This document shows, in pieces, positions 54,449-63,414 of a stretch of 64,000 nt of DNA (its first letter is position 1; every line of letters starts with the position of its first letter). The stretch spans positions 41,561 through 105,560 of the forward strand of contig JBFWOR010000011.1 in assembly GCA_050250435.1 (NCBI GenBank), read 5' to 3'. The stretch comes from Pirellulales bacterium (GTDB lineage: Bacteria > Planctomycetota > Planctomycetia > Pirellulales > PALSA-1355). The translations under genes were made by a program, and so were the position numbers. A model generated the notes under the pieces. That model was given only the letters and a program-made list of their open reading frames with translations. It was not told the origin of the DNA and did not search any database.

Positions 54449-55464
54449 TGGGCCGCATCCTGCCAACGCTGTGTCTGCTGCTGGTGGCGCTGGCCGCCGG
54501 TTCCGGCTGCGCCGCCTTTCATCGCCTCAGCGCGAACCATAAAGACATCGATCCTAAGCAGGCCAAGCGCGAGGACGAGACGCTCGAGTCGTTCGAGTCG
54601 CAGCGCGACCAGGCACAGCTCATGGCCGCGCATGCCCGTTGGCGCGAGGGCAACTTGCGGGCCTGTCGCGAGGCGCTCGAGGGGCTGTTGGCACGCAACG
54701 CGTCGCACGTCGAGGCGCGCTTGCTGCTGGTGCAGGTGCTCTTGTCCGAAGAAAAGTTCGACGTGGCGCGCGGCTACCTGGAGCAATTGCAAACCGAGCG
54801 CCCGGCCGACGCCCGCGTGCAGCACACGCTCGGCCTGGTGTTGGAGTTGTCGGGCGATGAGAGCGGCGCGCAAACCCACTATCGTCGCGCCGCGGAACTC
54901 GAGCCCGAGAACCCTGAGTACTCGTTGAGCGTGCGCAATCTTGACCAGCCGTCGACGGCAGCAGCTCCGACCGACACCGCGGCGGTGCAAGCCTCGGCCA
55001 CTGCCGACGCCACGACTGCGCAACCGCCCGTAGCGGCCGAGGTCGAGCAGGTCTTGGCCGCGGCCGCCGAAGCCCTGCAGGCGGACGACGCGGCCCGGGC
55101 CCGCGATCTGCTGACCAAAGCCGTGGCCTTGGACTCTGAACCGCCGCAGGCAGCGATCCGAGCGGCCGTACTGGCACTACGATACGCACATCCGGAACTG
55201 GCGGTCTTCGTGCTACAACCGTTCGCGCAGGGCTCGAACCATTCAGCCGCCCTGGCGCGGACGCTGGGAGCCGCCTACTACCGACAGGGTGACTACGCCC
55301 GCGCGCAAAGTGCTTTGGAACAAGCCCTTTCCTTGGACAATACCAACGGGCTGTCCTACCTTTTGATGGGATGCACGCTGGAGAAGCTCGGGCAGAGCGA
55401 GGCGGCCAAATCGAACTTGGAACAGGCCGGCCGGCTCGATCCGCGACTTCGCTCGCAGCGATAG
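54448..55464 (+). CDS. TPR-repeat lipoprotein (PilF/PilW-position pilotin candidate)
   Basis: ATG at 54448 overlaps the secretin stop (TGATG). MGRILPTLCLLLVALAAGSGC is a lipobox. There are at least 4 TPR-like units (e.g. AQTHYRRAAELEPENPE, ALEQALSLDNTNGLSY). Confidence 0.75.
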   Translation: MGRILPTLCLLLVALAAGSGCAAFHRLSANHKDIDPKQAKREDETLESFESQRDQAQLMAAHARWREGNLRACREALEGLLARNASHVEARLLLVQVLLSEEKFDVARGYLEQLQTERPADARVQHTLGLVLELSGDESGAQTHYRRAAELEPENPEYSLSVRNLDQPSTAAAPTDTAAVQASATADATTAQPPVAAEVEQVLAAAAEALQADDAARARDLLTKAVALDSEPPQAAIRAAVLALRYAHPELAVFVLQPFAQGSNHSAALARTLGAAYYRQGDYARAQSALEQALSLDNTNGLSYLLMGCTLEKLGQSEAAKSNLEQAGRLDPRLRSQR

Positions 55465-55683
55465 TGCGCATCAGCGCGTCCGCATCGCCGCGCCTGCGTG
55501 CTGGTCTGCCGTGCCAACGGCGTCCGAGCAAGCTCACCATACGGTGAGTCAGGCGGGCAGCCGACGCGGATGGCACGCTCGCACCATCTCCCCGCAATTG
55601 ACTTGCCGCGCCGATGGTCTGCGCCTGTGCGCTCTCCCGGTGCGGCGGCACAACGCACGCCCCAACCTGCCTGATACACAACG

Positions 55684-57162
55684 ATGATTCAATTTCACGT
55701 GCCTCTTGTTTTGTCATGCGTGGCGCTGGCCGCGTCGTTGGCATTGGCCTGCGACCGCATTGTGGGCCCGTCGGCCACCTACCAGTCGGCCCTGATCTCG
55801 TGGGTCTTGCTGACCGTGGGCGCGGGCCTGCCGGTGGCGCTCATGGGCTGGTTTGTGCGCCGCGCGCGCGAAGCCCACGATGCTACGCAGCGCGGGCTCG
55901 AGGTGCTGGTGCGGGGCGATATGCGCAAGCTGGCCGACCCTGCATTCGACGCCACTTTCGCCGCGCCACCGTTGGAACCACAAAGTGCCGAAGCCCTGTT
56001 GCAACTGCGCGAGCGCCTCACGGGCGTGGGCGAGCAAATCCAAGTTCTTGAGCAAGGCCGCGCCGGCGTCGAAAGCCGCGCCCGGCGCCTCGCAGCGCAA
56101 GTGCAACGGATGGAAGCCGTGCTGGGCGGCTTCTCCGAGCCGTTTCTGGCCATCGACAAATTCGACGATCTCATCCTCTCGAACGCCAGCGCGGAGCAGC
56201 TGTTCGACTTCGAGAATGGCAGCACCGAGGACCGGGCACTGGCCCGGCTTGTGCACTGCCAGAAACTTGTCGACCTGTTGACCGATACCCGCAAGCGCAA
56301 CGGCGCCATTCAACGCAGCTGCGAAATCACGGTGGATGACCGCCTGGGCATGTCACATTGCTATCGGGTGACCGCCCGCGGAATTCCCGGCCAGTCGACC
56401 ACCGACGGCGACGGCGGCCAGGGAGCCGTGGCCGTGCTGTACGACATCAGCGCGCACAAGGCCATGCAAAAACGCAACGCCGAGTTCGTCTCGGCGGTGA
56501 GCCACGAAATGAAGACGCCGCTGGCCTGCATCAAGGCCTACGTCGAACTGCTGGTCGACGGCGACGCCGAGGACGAAGCCACGCAGGAACAGTTCTACGA
56601 AATCATCAACAGCCAGACCGATCGCCTGGAGCGACTCGTCGACAACATGCTGAACCTGGCGCGAATCGAGGCCGGGGTGGTATCGGTGCAGAAACAGAGC
56701 CAGTCGCTCAACGCGCTCTTGGAAGAGGCGCGCAGCGTGGTCGGCCCGGCTGCCGAAGCAAAGGGCATTGCGCTGACGAGCGATTTGAGCCCGCTGTACC
56801 TGGGGGTGTACGTCGACCGCGACATGGCGCTGCAAGCGGCGATCAATTTGCTCTCGAACGCCATCAAGTACACGCCCGCCGGCGGACACGTCACGCTGCG
56901 CAGCCGGATGATCGACAACCAGGTGCGATTCGACGTGGAGGATACCGGCGTGGGCCTGTCTCCCGAAGATCGGCACCGCGTGTTCGAAAAGTTCTATCGC
57001 GTGAACAAAGACAAAGGCATGGCCAGCGGCACCGGTCTGGGCCTGCCCTTGGTCAAGCACATTGTCGAAGACGTTCACGGCGGCCGGATCATGGTCGAAA
57101 GCACGCCGGGGCAGGGGAGTGTGTTCAGCGTGTTTCTGCCCACCGCGGCCACCCTCGACTAA
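55684..57162 (+). CDS. Sensor histidine kinase (2 TM, coiled-coil/PAS-like, HisKA, HATPase_c)
   Basis: H-box FVSAVSHEMKTPLACI, N-box LLSNAIKYTP, G1 VEDTGVGL, G2 GTGLGLPLV. Two N-terminal TM helices. Confidence 0.9.
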   Translation: MIQFHVPLVLSCVALAASLALACDRIVGPSATYQSALISWVLLTVGAGLPVALMGWFVRRAREAHDATQRGLEVLVRGDMRKLADPAFDATFAAPPLEPQSAEALLQLRERLTGVGEQIQVLEQGRAGVESRARRLAAQVQRMEAVLGGFSEPFLAIDKFDDLILSNASAEQLFDFENGSTEDRALARLVHCQKLVDLLTDTRKRNGAIQRSCEITVDDRLGMSHCYRVTARGIPGQSTTDGDGGQGAVAVLYDISAHKAMQKRNAEFVSAVSHEMKTPLACIKAYVELLVDGDAEDEATQEQFYEIINSQTDRLERLVDNMLNLARIEAGVVSVQKQSQSLNALLEEARSVVGPAAEAKGIALTSDLSPLYLGVYVDRDMALQAAINLLSNAIKYTPAGGHVTLRSRMIDNQVRFDVEDTGVGLSPEDRHRVFEKFYRVNKDKGMASGTGLGLPLVKHIVEDVHGGRIMVESTPGQGSVFSVFLPTAATLD

Positions 57163-57201
57163 TTCGTTCCACTCCACCCGTCCTTTTGGAGAGCTCGTGC
57201 C

Positions 57202-57591
57202 ATGCCCAAAAAAGTGCTTCTGTGTGACGACGAGATTCATATTCTGCGGGCGGCGGAAATCAAAATCAGCCGCGCCGGCTACGACGTTTCGATTGCCCAC
57301 GACGGCGAAGAGGCCTGGGAACTCATGGCCCAGGAACGCCCGGACGTGTTGGTGACCGACCTGCACATGCCGCGCTGCGACGGGCTGGAACTTACCGCTC
57401 GCATCCGCGGACACGAGACACTCAAAGACGTTCCGATCATCGTGCTCACGGCCAAAGGATTCGAAATGCCGCGGCAAGAGCTGATGGACAAGTGGCACAT
57501 CGTGGCCATCCTGTCCAAGCCGTTCAGCCCGCGCGAACTCGTGGGCCTGATCGACAAGACACTCTCCGGCGCTTGCACAACCACCGTTTAA
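57202..57591 (+). CDS. Single-domain response regulator (CheY-like receiver)
   Basis: 129 aa. LLCDDE acidic pocket, phospho-acceptor in VLVTDLHMP, VLTAKG and LSKPFSP. No output domain. Confidence 0.9.
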   Translation: MPKKVLLCDDEIHILRAAEIKISRAGYDVSIAHDGEEAWELMAQERPDVLVTDLHMPRCDGLELTARIRGHETLKDVPIIVLTAKGFEMPRQELMDKWHIVAILSKPFSPRELVGLIDKTLSGACTTTV

Positions 57592-57608
57592 CAACCGCGA
57601 CCCATGCC

Positions 57609-57935
57609 ATGAACCTGCCCACCGAACTTTTTGGACGCGTTCTGGTCGTGCACACGCCGGAGGAGCTGTGCGTCGACCAGTGCGAACGTTTCACCGCGTT
57701 CCTGTCGGCGCTGCCCGAGCGGCAGTTGGTGCTGGACATGGACCATACCGAAACACTCGACAGCGACAGCCTGACCACGATCCTCGATTGCCAGGAGCGG
57801 CTGCGGCGCGCACAAGGCGACCTGAAGATCGCCACCACCAACGGGATCAACCGCAAGATCTTTGAAATTACCCGGCTCGACCAGCAGCTCGAAGTGTACG
57901 AGAGCGTGGTCGACGCCGTGAACAGTTTTCAGTAG
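57609..57935 (+). CDS. STAS-domain protein (anti-sigma-factor-antagonist fold)
   Basis: ATG at 57609. 108 aa. VLVVHTPEELCVDQCERFTAFL...LVLDMDHTETLDSDSLTTILDCQERLRRAQGDLKIATTNGINRKIFEITRLDQQLEVYESV. The D-S-x-(S/G)-L segment lies at the usual phospho-serine position. Confidence 0.8.
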   Translation: MNLPTELFGRVLVVHTPEELCVDQCERFTAFLSALPERQLVLDMDHTETLDSDSLTTILDCQERLRRAQGDLKIATTNGINRKIFEITRLDQQLEVYESVVDAVNSFQ

Positions 57936-57966
57936 CCCACTTTCACGAGCCACCAGACCCCAGCTC

Positions 57967-59709
57967 ATGAGTTCATCCGTCGCAGTCCGGCAACGTCTGG
58001 GCGATCTGCTGATCGAGCGTGGATATCTCACGCCCGAGAACCTTGCCGCTGCGCTGGAACAGCAGAAGCATCAGCCGGCCGGGTTGAACAAGCTGCTGGG
58101 CGAAATTCTCGTGGAGCTGTCGTATTGCACCGAAGACCAGGTAGTCGAGTGCCTGGCGCTGGAATACGGCGTGCCCTACGCCAAGCTGGAACCGCGCTTG
58201 TCCGACGCGCGCAGCATCGACGTGCTGCCGCGCGAGTACATCGAAGAGAACCTGGTGCTGCCGCTCTTTTTGGTTCGCGGTGTGCTCACGGTGGCCCTGC
58301 CGGAGCCGTCGAACCTGTTTTTGATCGACGAGGTGCGCCAGCTCACGCAGCTGGAAGTGCAGATCGTGGCTGCCACCACGCGCGATATTCGACGCGTGAT
58401 CACCACGTTGCCCAACTCGAAGGTGTTCGTCATCGACGACATCATCGAGGACTCGGAAGTCCACGATGTGACGCTGATCGAAGACGCCATCGAAGACATT
58501 GGCGATATCGAGGAGGTCGCCGGCCAATCGCCCGTCATCCGGCTGGTGAACTACCTGATCTTCACGGCGGTGAAGGAAGGGGCCAGCGATATTCACATTG
58601 AGCCGGCCGAGCATTGCGTGCGCATTCGCTATCGCATTGACGGCCGGTTGTACAAGGCCCTGGAGGTGCCCGGCCACCTGCTGAACGCCGTGACCAGCCG
58701 CATCAAGATCATGGGCGGCATGGATATCAGCGAGCGCCGCTTGCCGCAGGACGGCCGCATTCACGTGATGCTCGAACGTCGCAAGATCGATCTGCGCGTC
58801 AGCACGTTTCCCACGCATCGCGGAGAGAAAACCGTGATCCGCGTGCTCGACACCCACAGCGTCAGCCTGGTGCTGGAAGACCTGGGCTTTGCCGAAGACG
58901 TGCTGCGCGGTTTTCAGCGGCACATTACCGACCCCAACGGCATCATCCTGGTCACCGGCCCCACCGGCAGCGGTAAATCCACAACGCTCTACGCGGCACT
59001 CAACAGCATCAGCTCCATGGAGAACAACGTCTGCACGGTGGAAGACCCTATCGAGTATCACCTGCCGCTGATCAATCAGTTTCAGGTGCAGGAGAAGGTC
59101 GGCCTCACGTTCTCCAAGGCCCTGCGCACCCTGCTGCGGCAAGATCCCGACGTGATCATGGTGGGCGAAGTGCGCGACGAGGAAACGGCCCGCACCGCAA
59201 TTCAGGCCGCGCTGACGGGCCACCTGGTGTTCAGCACGCTGCACACGAACGACGCCTGCTCGGCCATCACGCGGCTGATCAACATGGGCGTCGAGCCGTA
59301 CCTGATCGGCGCGGCCTTGAACATGGTGCTCGCCCAGCGGCTGGTGCGGCGCATCTGCCCCAAGTGCCGGCAAACGTACGAGCCGCCCCGCACCCTCCGC
59401 AAGGCGATCGAACGCATGGGCTACGCGATCGAGACGTTTCAGCGCGGCGTGGGCTGCCGCCGTTGCCGCAATTCGGGCTTCAGCGGCCGCATTGGCGTCC
59501 ATGAGCTGCTGGTCATTTCCGACGAGCTGCGCGACGTGATCGTGAACAACCCCTCGCTGGCCGCCATCCGCCAATCCGCCTTGCGCGGCGGCATGATCAC
59601 ACTGCGCCAGGACGGCTTTCGAAAAGTGCGCGAAGGCGTGACCACCATCGAAGAGATTCTGCACGTGGCCGGCGACTCGGGCGAGGGAGGCGATGGCGGG
59701 GCCCGGTAG
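57967..59709 (+). CDS. GspE/PilB-family type II/IV secretion ATPase with MshEN-type N-terminal domain
   Basis: 580 aa. Walker A GPTGSGKSTT, Asp box, Walker B DPDVIMVGEVRD, His box, and a tetracysteine CPKC...CRRC. N-terminal RLGDLLIERGYLTPENLAAALEQQ. Confidence 0.95.
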   Translation: MSSSVAVRQRLGDLLIERGYLTPENLAAALEQQKHQPAGLNKLLGEILVELSYCTEDQVVECLALEYGVPYAKLEPRLSDARSIDVLPREYIEENLVLPLFLVRGVLTVALPEPSNLFLIDEVRQLTQLEVQIVAATTRDIRRVITTLPNSKVFVIDDIIEDSEVHDVTLIEDAIEDIGDIEEVAGQSPVIRLVNYLIFTAVKEGASDIHIEPAEHCVRIRYRIDGRLYKALEVPGHLLNAVTSRIKIMGGMDISERRLPQDGRIHVMLERRKIDLRVSTFPTHRGEKTVIRVLDTHSVSLVLEDLGFAEDVLRGFQRHITDPNGIILVTGPTGSGKSTTLYAALNSISSMENNVCTVEDPIEYHLPLINQFQVQEKVGLTFSKALRTLLRQDPDVIMVGEVRDEETARTAIQAALTGHLVFSTLHTNDACSAITRLINMGVEPYLIGAALNMVLAQRLVRRICPKCRQTYEPPRTLRKAIERMGYAIETFQRGVGCRRCRNSGFSGRIGVHELLVISDELRDVIVNNPSLAAIRQSALRGGMITLRQDGFRKVREGVTTIEEILHVAGDSGEGGDGGAR

Positions 59710-59740
59710 GAATGCCGCGGCCAGCACTCGCAAATGACGC

Positions 59741-60934
59741 ATGCTCTACCAATACACGGCCAAGGATTCGCGCGGCAGGTCGACCAGGGGCCAGCTGGAC
59801 GCGCATAGCCCCGACGACGCGGTCCAGCGGCTGCGGCAGGAAGGTTTTCAGGCTGTGCAGATTCGCGACGAAGAGGCCTCCGCGCCGCTCTTTGCGCGGC
59901 CGGTGCGTTGCCGCGACATCGTGTATCTCACCAGCCAGTTGGCCATCATGTCGCAAACCGGCATCACGCTCTCCACGGCGCTGGGCGGCATTTTGCAGCA
60001 AGAGGCCAATCCAACTCTCAAGGCCGTGCTGGCGGATCTGAAGTCGTCGGTCGAATCGGGCGACGATTTTTCGACCGCGCTGGCCCGCCACCCCAAGCTG
60101 TTTGACCGTACGTATGTCTCACTCGTCAAGGCGAGCGAAGCCACCGGTCTCTTGGGCGAAATGCTCGAGTCGATCGCCAATTATCTGGCCAAGGAGGCCG
60201 AGTCGCGCAGCAAGGTCCGCGCGGCGCTGGCTTATCCGGCCGTGATGATGCTCGTGGCCGTCGGCGTGACGCTCTTCTTGCTCACCTACGTGCTGCCCAA
60301 GTTCACGCCGCTGTTCAAGAATCGCGGCATGAAACTGCCCAAGCCCACCATCGTGATGATGGCCGTGTCGGACTGCCTGATCAACTACTGGTATTTCTGG
60401 CTGGCCGGGATTGCGCTGGCAGTGATCGGGTTTCTATACGGCCGCCGCACGAAGCCGGGCCGCAAAGTGCTCGACTGGCTCAAAATCAACACGCCGCTCG
60501 TCGGCCCCATGTTCCGCAAAGTGACCATCAGCCGCAGCATTCGCACGCTGGGCACGATGATCTCCTCGGGCGTGCCCATGCTCGAAGCCATCCAGCTTTC
60601 CAGCGACGTGGCCGGCAACGTCTACTACGAAAAGCTGTGGCACAGCGTGCTCGACGACGTGGCGTCGGGCAATCAGATCTGCACCTCCCTGGCCGGCAGC
60701 AACCTGTTTCCCAGCGTGCTGGTGCAGATGATTTCCTCGGGCGAAGAGACCGGCAAGCTCGACGACGTGCTGGCCCGCGTCAGCGGTTTCTATGACCGCG
60801 AGGTGGAAACCTCGCTCAAAACCGTGACCAGCCTGATCGAGCCGGTGATGATCACGGTGATGGGCGTGGTAGTGGGCGGCATCGGCATGGCGCTCATGCT
60901 GCCGATCTTCAGCCTCAGCCGCGCGGCAGGCTAG
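59741..60934 (+). CDS. GspF/PilC-family inner-membrane platform protein
   Basis: 397 aa. MLYQYTAKDSRGRSTRGQLDA is the typical YxYxAxDxxG start. Two T2SSF repeats (SQLAIMSQTGITLSTAL / RTLGTMISSGVPMLEAI) and three TM segments. Confidence 0.95.
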   Translation: MLYQYTAKDSRGRSTRGQLDAHSPDDAVQRLRQEGFQAVQIRDEEASAPLFARPVRCRDIVYLTSQLAIMSQTGITLSTALGGILQQEANPTLKAVLADLKSSVESGDDFSTALARHPKLFDRTYVSLVKASEATGLLGEMLESIANYLAKEAESRSKVRAALAYPAVMMLVAVGVTLFLLTYVLPKFTPLFKNRGMKLPKPTIVMMAVSDCLINYWYFWLAGIALAVIGFLYGRRTKPGRKVLDWLKINTPLVGPMFRKVTISRSIRTLGTMISSGVPMLEAIQLSSDVAGNVYYEKLWHSVLDDVASGNQICTSLAGSNLFPSVLVQMISSGEETGKLDDVLARVSGFYDREVETSLKTVTSLIEPVMITVMGVVVGGIGMALMLPIFSLSRAAG

Positions 60935-61077
60935 TGGTCCCTCGCCAGCATGGCCTCCCAGCGGCGGAATTTCGTGCACGAAGTGGCCGCAACCGCCCAC
61001 CGATACTTGCGGTGCAGGGCAGAACCGAACTAGCATCGAGCCTGGACGATCGTCCGTTTTCCGAATGACTCCCGGCA

Positions 61078-63414
61078 GTGGCGGCTATGTGGAACCGGAT
61101 TTCTCAGCGTTTTGGCAAATCGGCTAAGAGCCGCGACGGCGCGCAGGCCCATATGACGTTTGGCCAGACGTCGATCGGCCGCACCATGTCGCGCACCGGC
61201 CTGCTGCTAAAAAAGCAGCTTTGGATCTGGCCCATCATCGCCTTCGTTTTGTTGGCCACGATTGGCTATCTGCTCAACGCGTCGATCCGCCGGACGATGG
61301 AAAACACGCTGCGCTCGCAGCTGCAAACCTTGCTCTCCGTCGAACGAGCCATGCTGGAAAACTGGCTGCACGAGCAGGAATCGAGCGCCGAATCGATGGC
61401 CAACAACCAATCCATTCGGCAATTAGTCGGCCAGCTATTGGAATCCGGATCGAATGCAACCGCCGTCGACCCGACCGCACCGGCCAACCAGGCGAAAAGC
61501 GTGGCCGAGATATACGCCCGGCTCAACAAGGAACTCGAGCCCGGCATCACGTCGCACGACTTCATGGGCTACATCATCGCCGACAAGCAGCAGCGAATTG
61601 TCGCGGCCACGGCGACCGAGCAGATCGGTCAGGTCGTACCGGAGCACGAATCGTTTCTGACACGGGCGCTCGAAGGAAAGCCCACTGTCTCCGTTCCGTA
61701 TCCGAGTGTGGGCATCGTCAAAGACGCGCAGGGCAAACTGCGAACTGGCGCGCCCACCATGTTCGCATGTGCGCCGGTCCGCGACGAGAACTTGCAGATC
61801 GTTGCGGTGCTCGGGCTGCGCATTCGGCCGGAGAAGGAGTTCACCCGCATTCTGCAACTCGGCCGCATCGGCGAGACCGGCGAAACCTATGCCATCGACA
61901 AGAATGGGCTGATGGTTTCCAACAGCCGCTTCGACGACGCCTTGATTCTCTTGGGCCTGCTGCCCGACGACGACCAGGCGGCATCGATTTTGAAAGTTCT
62001 GGTTCGCAATCCGGGCGGCAATATGGCGGAAGGCTTTCGCCCGGGAGTCCGCCGCCGCGAGTTGCCCTTGACCGATATCGCCGCTGCCGCGGTGACCGGC
62101 AGCACCGGCGTCAAGATCGATGGTTACCGCGATTACCGCGGTTCGCCGTCGGTGGGCGCCTGGACCTGGCTGCCCGAATATCAAATGGGGATCATCACGG
62201 AGATCGACACCGGCGAAGCGTTCCGGCCGCTGACGATTTTGCGCTGGACGTTTTTCTCTTTGTTCGCGCTGCTGGGAATCAGCGCCGTTGCCATCTTTGT
62301 CTTTACGGTGATCGTGGCCCGCTTGCGGCGCGAGGCACAAAAGGCCGAAATTGAAGCCAAGCAGCTCGGCCAGTACCGGCTGCAGGAAAAAATCGGCGCG
62401 GGCGCCATGGGCGTCGTCTACAAGGGCCAGCACGCCATGCTGCGGCGGCCCACGGCGATCAAGATGCTCGACGTCGAGCGCGTCAACGAAGCTTCCATCC
62501 AACGCTTCGAGCGCGAAGTGCAAATCACGTGCAACCTCAACAACCCGCACACCGTTGCCATCTACGACTACGGTCGCACGCCCGAGGGAGTCTTCTATTA
62601 CGCGATGGAGTACCTGGACGGGGTCGACTTGCAAACACTGGTCGACGTCGACGGTCCGCAGCCCGAAGGACGTGTGGTGAACATCCTGCGGCAGGTCTGC
62701 TCTTCGCTGTATGAGGCCCACTCGATGGGCATGGTGCATCGCGACATCAAGCCGGCCAACATCATGCTCAACCGGCGCGGAGCCGAGCCCGACGTGGTCA
62801 AGGTGCTCGATTTCGGCCTGGTCAAAGCGCTCGACGACACCAAGGAAGCCGGCAGCGACATGTCGGGCACGCCCCTGTACATGTCGCCCGAAGCCATTCA
62901 AACGCCCGAGCTCGTCGATCCGCGCAGCGATCTGTATGCGGTCGGGGCCGTGGGCTATTTTCTACTGACCGGCGTCACGGCCTTCAGCGCGCAGACCCTG
63001 GGCGAGTTGTGCCAGCAACACGTCGCCGCCATCCCCGATCCGCCTTCCCAGAAATTGGGCCGCGCCGTCTCGGCAGAGCTGGAGCACGCCATCCTGGCCT
63101 GCCTGGAAAAGAACCGCGCCAAGCGTCCCCAGACCGCGCGCGATCTGGCAGCGATGCTCAGTCGCGTCGCATCCGGCTGGTCGCTCGACGACGCCGAAGC
63201 CTGGTGGAGCCGCCACGAGCGCGGACAGCTGCAGGCCGGAAAATCCATTCGCACTTATGCCGCCGATACGGCCACGGTCGCCGCGCGGCAAAACGCCACG
63301 ATCGACTCCACGTCGAGTCCGACACCCGCCCAGCAGAGCGAAGCCGCCGCGGCCGGCCTGGACAGCACGATGTTGTTCAACCCGGAGGAAAATGGCCCAG
63401 CTTCGAAGAGATGA
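61078..63414 (+). CDS. Membrane Ser/Thr protein kinase with extracytoplasmic Cache-like sensor domain
   Basis: GTG at 61078 (alternative ATG at 61087). TM, a periplasmic domain of about 300 aa with Cache-like segments (YIIADKQQRIVAAT..., GETYAIDKNGLMVSNSRF), a second TM, then kinase motifs GAGAMGVVYKG, TAIKML, HRDIKPANIM, DFGL and GTPLYMSPE. Confidence 0.9.
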   Translation: MAAMWNRISQRFGKSAKSRDGAQAHMTFGQTSIGRTMSRTGLLLKKQLWIWPIIAFVLLATIGYLLNASIRRTMENTLRSQLQTLLSVERAMLENWLHEQESSAESMANNQSIRQLVGQLLESGSNATAVDPTAPANQAKSVAEIYARLNKELEPGITSHDFMGYIIADKQQRIVAATATEQIGQVVPEHESFLTRALEGKPTVSVPYPSVGIVKDAQGKLRTGAPTMFACAPVRDENLQIVAVLGLRIRPEKEFTRILQLGRIGETGETYAIDKNGLMVSNSRFDDALILLGLLPDDDQAASILKVLVRNPGGNMAEGFRPGVRRRELPLTDIAAAAVTGSTGVKIDGYRDYRGSPSVGAWTWLPEYQMGIITEIDTGEAFRPLTILRWTFFSLFALLGISAVAIFVFTVIVARLRREAQKAEIEAKQLGQYRLQEKIGAGAMGVVYKGQHAMLRRPTAIKMLDVERVNEASIQRFEREVQITCNLNNPHTVAIYDYGRTPEGVFYYAMEYLDGVDLQTLVDVDGPQPEGRVVNILRQVCSSLYEAHSMGMVHRDIKPANIMLNRRGAEPDVVKVLDFGLVKALDDTKEAGSDMSGTPLYMSPEAIQTPELVDPRSDLYAVGAVGYFLLTGVTAFSAQTLGELCQQHVAAIPDPPSQKLGRAVSAELEHAILACLEKNRAKRPQTARDLAAMLSRVASGWSLDDAEAWWSRHERGQLQAGKSIRTYAADTATVAARQNATIDSTSSPTPAQQSEAAAAGLDSTMLFNPEENGPASKR

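Noticed and set aside
52508-54466. 652-aa minus-strand ORF
   Set aside because: It is antisense to the secretin gene. No motifs, Arg/Gly/His-rich.
57973-59742. 589-aa minus-strand ORF
   Set aside because: It is antisense to the GspE/PilB ATPase, whose Walker and His boxes are unambiguous. GC-driven open frame.
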